Both the position numbers and the translations under genes were made by a program. The notes under the pieces were generated by a model that saw only the letters and a program-made list of their open reading frames with translations, was not told the DNA's origin and made no database searches. From an uncultured Acidimicrobiales bacterium (GTDB lineage: Bacteria; Actinomycetota; Acidimicrobiia; Acidimicrobiales; UBA10347): 64,000 nucleotides of DNA. How positions within the stretch are numbered: the stretch's first letter is position 1; every line of letters starts with the position of its first letter. Positions 61,893-64,000 of this stretch are shown piece by piece. The DNA lies in the NCBI GenBank assembly GCA_943788915.1, contig CALSSD010000010.1:248001-312000 (forward strand), read 5' to 3'.

Positions 61893-62773
61893 GCGATGCC
61901 CTGTTCTTTCACGATCGTCGCTAGTAGTTTGCGGAAGTCAGCGCCAAGTTCTGGATGGGTGAGGGCAATCTCGATATTGGCTCGTAGATAGTCGAGCTTC
62001 TGGCCGGCGTCATACCGTTTGCCTGAGTTCAAACACGCGGTTACGCCGCCCTTGTCGATCATCGCTGCGATCGCATCGGTGATCTGTATCTCGCCGCCAA
62101 CCCCAGGTGGGGTCGCATCGATCTCGTCGAAAACCGACGGAGGGAAGACATACCTTCCGGGGGCAAGGCCATAGTTCGATGCGGCCTCTTCGATCGGTGG
62201 TTTTTCGACAATATCTCGGACCTCGATGCGATCGCCGTCGATGCTGATCGGTTCGATTACGCCGTAGGAGGTGACTTCTTCAAGCGGATAATGGCCAGCA
62301 GCGATGACTGCGGATTGGGTCTCGGCGTGCACCTCGATCATCCGGCTTAGGAGTGCACCGTCGTCGACCAGGATGTCATCGGGCAACAGCACAGCAAAAG
62401 GTTCGTCGCCAACAAAACTGCGGGCCATGCCAATTGCATGGCCTAACCCAAGTGGGCGACCTTGGCGGGTGAAGTGCAGCTTGATCATCGACGAAATGTT
62501 CTGCACCAGCGCAAGCATGTCGCGCTTGCCTCGGGCCTCGAGCAACCCCTCGAGCTCATAGTTCGTATCGAAATGATCCTCGAGTGCCTTCTTTGACGGC
62601 GCGGTGATGACCAGGATGTCTTCTATCCCGGCGCCGATCGCTTCCTCGATCACATACTGAATTGCCGGCTTATCGACAATGGGAAGCATTTCCTTGGGCA
62701 CTGCCTTAGTGGCAGGAAGGAACCTGGTTCCGAGCCCAGCTGCTGGAATGACTGCCTTGCGTACTTTTGGCAT
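61889..62773 (-). CDS. galU: UTP--glucose-1-phosphate uridylyltransferase
   Basis: KAVIPAAGLGTRFLPATKAVPKEMLP, LGLGHA, VEKP, EIQITDAI. Confidence 0.98.
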   Translation of the reverse strand: MPKVRKAVIPAAGLGTRFLPATKAVPKEMLPIVDKPAIQYVIEEAIGAGIEDILVITAPSKKALEDHFDTNYELEGLLEARGKRDMLALVQNISSMIKLHFTRQGRPLGLGHAIGMARSFVGDEPFAVLLPDDILVDDGALLSRMIEVHAETQSAVIAAGHYPLEEVTSYGVIEPISIDGDRIEVRDIVEKPPIEEAASNYGLAPGRYVFPPSVFDEIDATPPGVGGEIQITDAIAAMIDKGGVTACLNSGKRYDAGQKLDYLRANIEIALTHPELGADFRKLLATIVKEQGIA

Positions 62774-62829
62774 GTGTTCAGGTTAGTGGTGGGCTCGTGG
62801 GTCACCGGGTGTTGGGGCGGTCGAACCTG

Positions 62830-63399
62830 TCAGTCCGCGCGAGCAGCGAAGAAGGCTCGAATGTTTGTGTGGTGTCGTGCGACGATCAGCACGGTGATGC
62901 CCCAGGCGATCAGGACCTCGGCGATCGGACGGCCCATCACCATGGTGCCGATCGCGACTGTTGGAGTGCCTGTCATCGCGCCGATGAACGAGTGACCCGA
63001 CAGCTTGGCGCTTCCGATCCACACGACGAGTGCGATGGGGGCCAGGATCGGCCAGGCACCGATGGTCATGCCGCCGAAACAAGCGACCCCCTTGCCGCCT
63101 CGGCTGGAACGGACGGGCGGGAAAATGTGTCCGATAACTGCCGCTGCGCCACATGCCGCAGCCAGCGTGGTGCCGCCGAGCCACTGTCCGAGCCAGGCAG
63201 CAATGAGGGCCTTGGCTACGTCGATGACCAGGGTCGCACCTCCGGCCTTTAGTCCGGCGATGCGAAACATGTTGGTTGCGCCGGGATTTCCCGACCCTTC
63301 GCGCGTCGGATTGTGGCCGACGATACGACCAATCAAGAGTGCAGACGGGAAGGTGCCCAAGAAAAATGCACCGACCACGAGGAGCCAATCGAAATCCAC
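62830..63399 (-). CDS. plsY: Acyl-phosphate:glycerol-3-phosphate acyltransferase
   Basis: GSGNPGATN, DVAKA, GHIFP, GGKGVA, RHHTNI. Confidence 0.93.
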   Translation of the reverse strand: MDFDWLLVVGAFFLGTFPSALLIGRIVGHNPTREGSGNPGATNMFRIAGLKAGGATLVIDVAKALIAAWLGQWLGGTTLAAACGAAAVIGHIFPPVRSSRGGKGVACFGGMTIGAWPILAPIALVVWIGSAKLSGHSFIGAMTGTPTVAIGTMVMGRPIAEVLIAWGITVLIVARHHTNIRAFFAARAD

Positions 63400-63423
63400 T
63401 TCCGCTAGTCTCTCATCTGCGCT

Positions 63424-63804
63424 ATGCCGACATACGACTATCACTGTGAGACTTGTGGACTCGACTTCGAGCTCCAACAAGCATTCTCTGAAGACACCCT
63501 CGCAAAATGCCCGACCAAGAAGTCTGGCCGCAGCCCTGAAGGCTGCGCCAAAAGTGGTCGCGGCAAGGTAACAAAGGTGTTCAGCGCGCCTGGTATTACC
63601 TTTAAGGGAACCGGTTTCTACAAGAACGACAGCCGGGGTTCGTCCTCGTCGACTACACCGTCTTCGTCGGGGTCTGATTCGTCGAGTTCGACGGAAAAGT
63701 CAGACTCGTCGAGTTCGACAACGAAGTCGGATTCGTCCGGTTCCACGTCGAAGTCGGATTCCTCGAGCTCAAGTTCGACATCGTCTTCGTCGTCCTCGGA
63801 CTAG
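63424..63804 (+). CDS. FmdB-family zinc-ribbon protein with Ser-rich tail
   Basis: MPTYDYHCETCG..FE, KVFSAPGITFKGTGFYKND, repeated KSDSS tail. Confidence 0.93.
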   Translation: MPTYDYHCETCGLDFELQQAFSEDTLAKCPTKKSGRSPEGCAKSGRGKVTKVFSAPGITFKGTGFYKNDSRGSSSSTTPSSSGSDSSSSTEKSDSSSSTTKSDSSGSTSKSDSSSSSSTSSSSSSD

Positions 63805-63869
63805 CGAGAACCGCTCTTTCCGCACATTCTGCTTCCCCAACATTCTGCTAGTCAGTAAGGGAGGCGGAC

Positions 63870-64000
63870 ATGCGTGTTCGTCAACGGACTCGTTCGCTTC
63901 GTGTGGTTTGGGCCCCGTCGCTCGTTCGGCGGCTTATTCGGCACCGCCTTGTCCAGGCTGGTGTCGTGGGCGCCGTGGGTCTTGCCATGGTCACGACGGT
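63870..64000 (+). CDS. 5' end of a membrane/secreted protein (partial; SAF-domain protein expected from synteny)
   Basis: GGGAGG RBS, ATG at 63870, MRVRQRTRSLRVVWAPSLVRRLIRHRLVQAGVVGAVGLAMVT open to window end. Confidence 0.55.
   Translation, partial: MRVRQRTRSLRVVWAPSLVRRLIRHRLVQAGVVGAVGLAMVTT

Overview
GC-rich, mostly housekeeping chromosomal segment. Gene content and synteny point to an actinobacterium, probably Acidimicrobiia (inference). It carries the end of the alpha operon (rpsK-rpsD-rpoA-rplQ-truA), rplM-rpsI-glmM-glmS-nnr-alr-tsaE-tsaB-rimI-tsaD, a CIRCE-controlled groES-groEL, reverse-transsulfuration genes, pyrC/pyrE, mutM, a topoisomerase IV-like pair and moeA-galU-plsY. No CRISPR, prophage, IS, tRNA or rRNA was seen. 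The best finding is a gene missed by the ORF track at 27557..27934 (-): a membrane-anchored mycoredoxin/glutaredoxin-like protein with an in-frame TGA exactly at the first Cys of its CxxC motif (WRPG-U-PFC), followed by a SECIS-like hairpin, i.e. a probable selenoprotein. Also notable: a homologue of the animal queuosine-tRNA mannosyltransferase (GTDC1/QTMAN, DUF3524) just upstream of the t6A genes, a 1141-aa GlmS with extra domains, an alpha-2-macroglobulin lacking the thioester Cys, a covarying twin-hairpin repeat family at 10.4 and 48.1 kb, a densely structured intergenic region at 44.3 kb and many leaderless promoters. Six genes, including the normally essential glmM, are frameshifted, which most likely reflects assembly indel errors.
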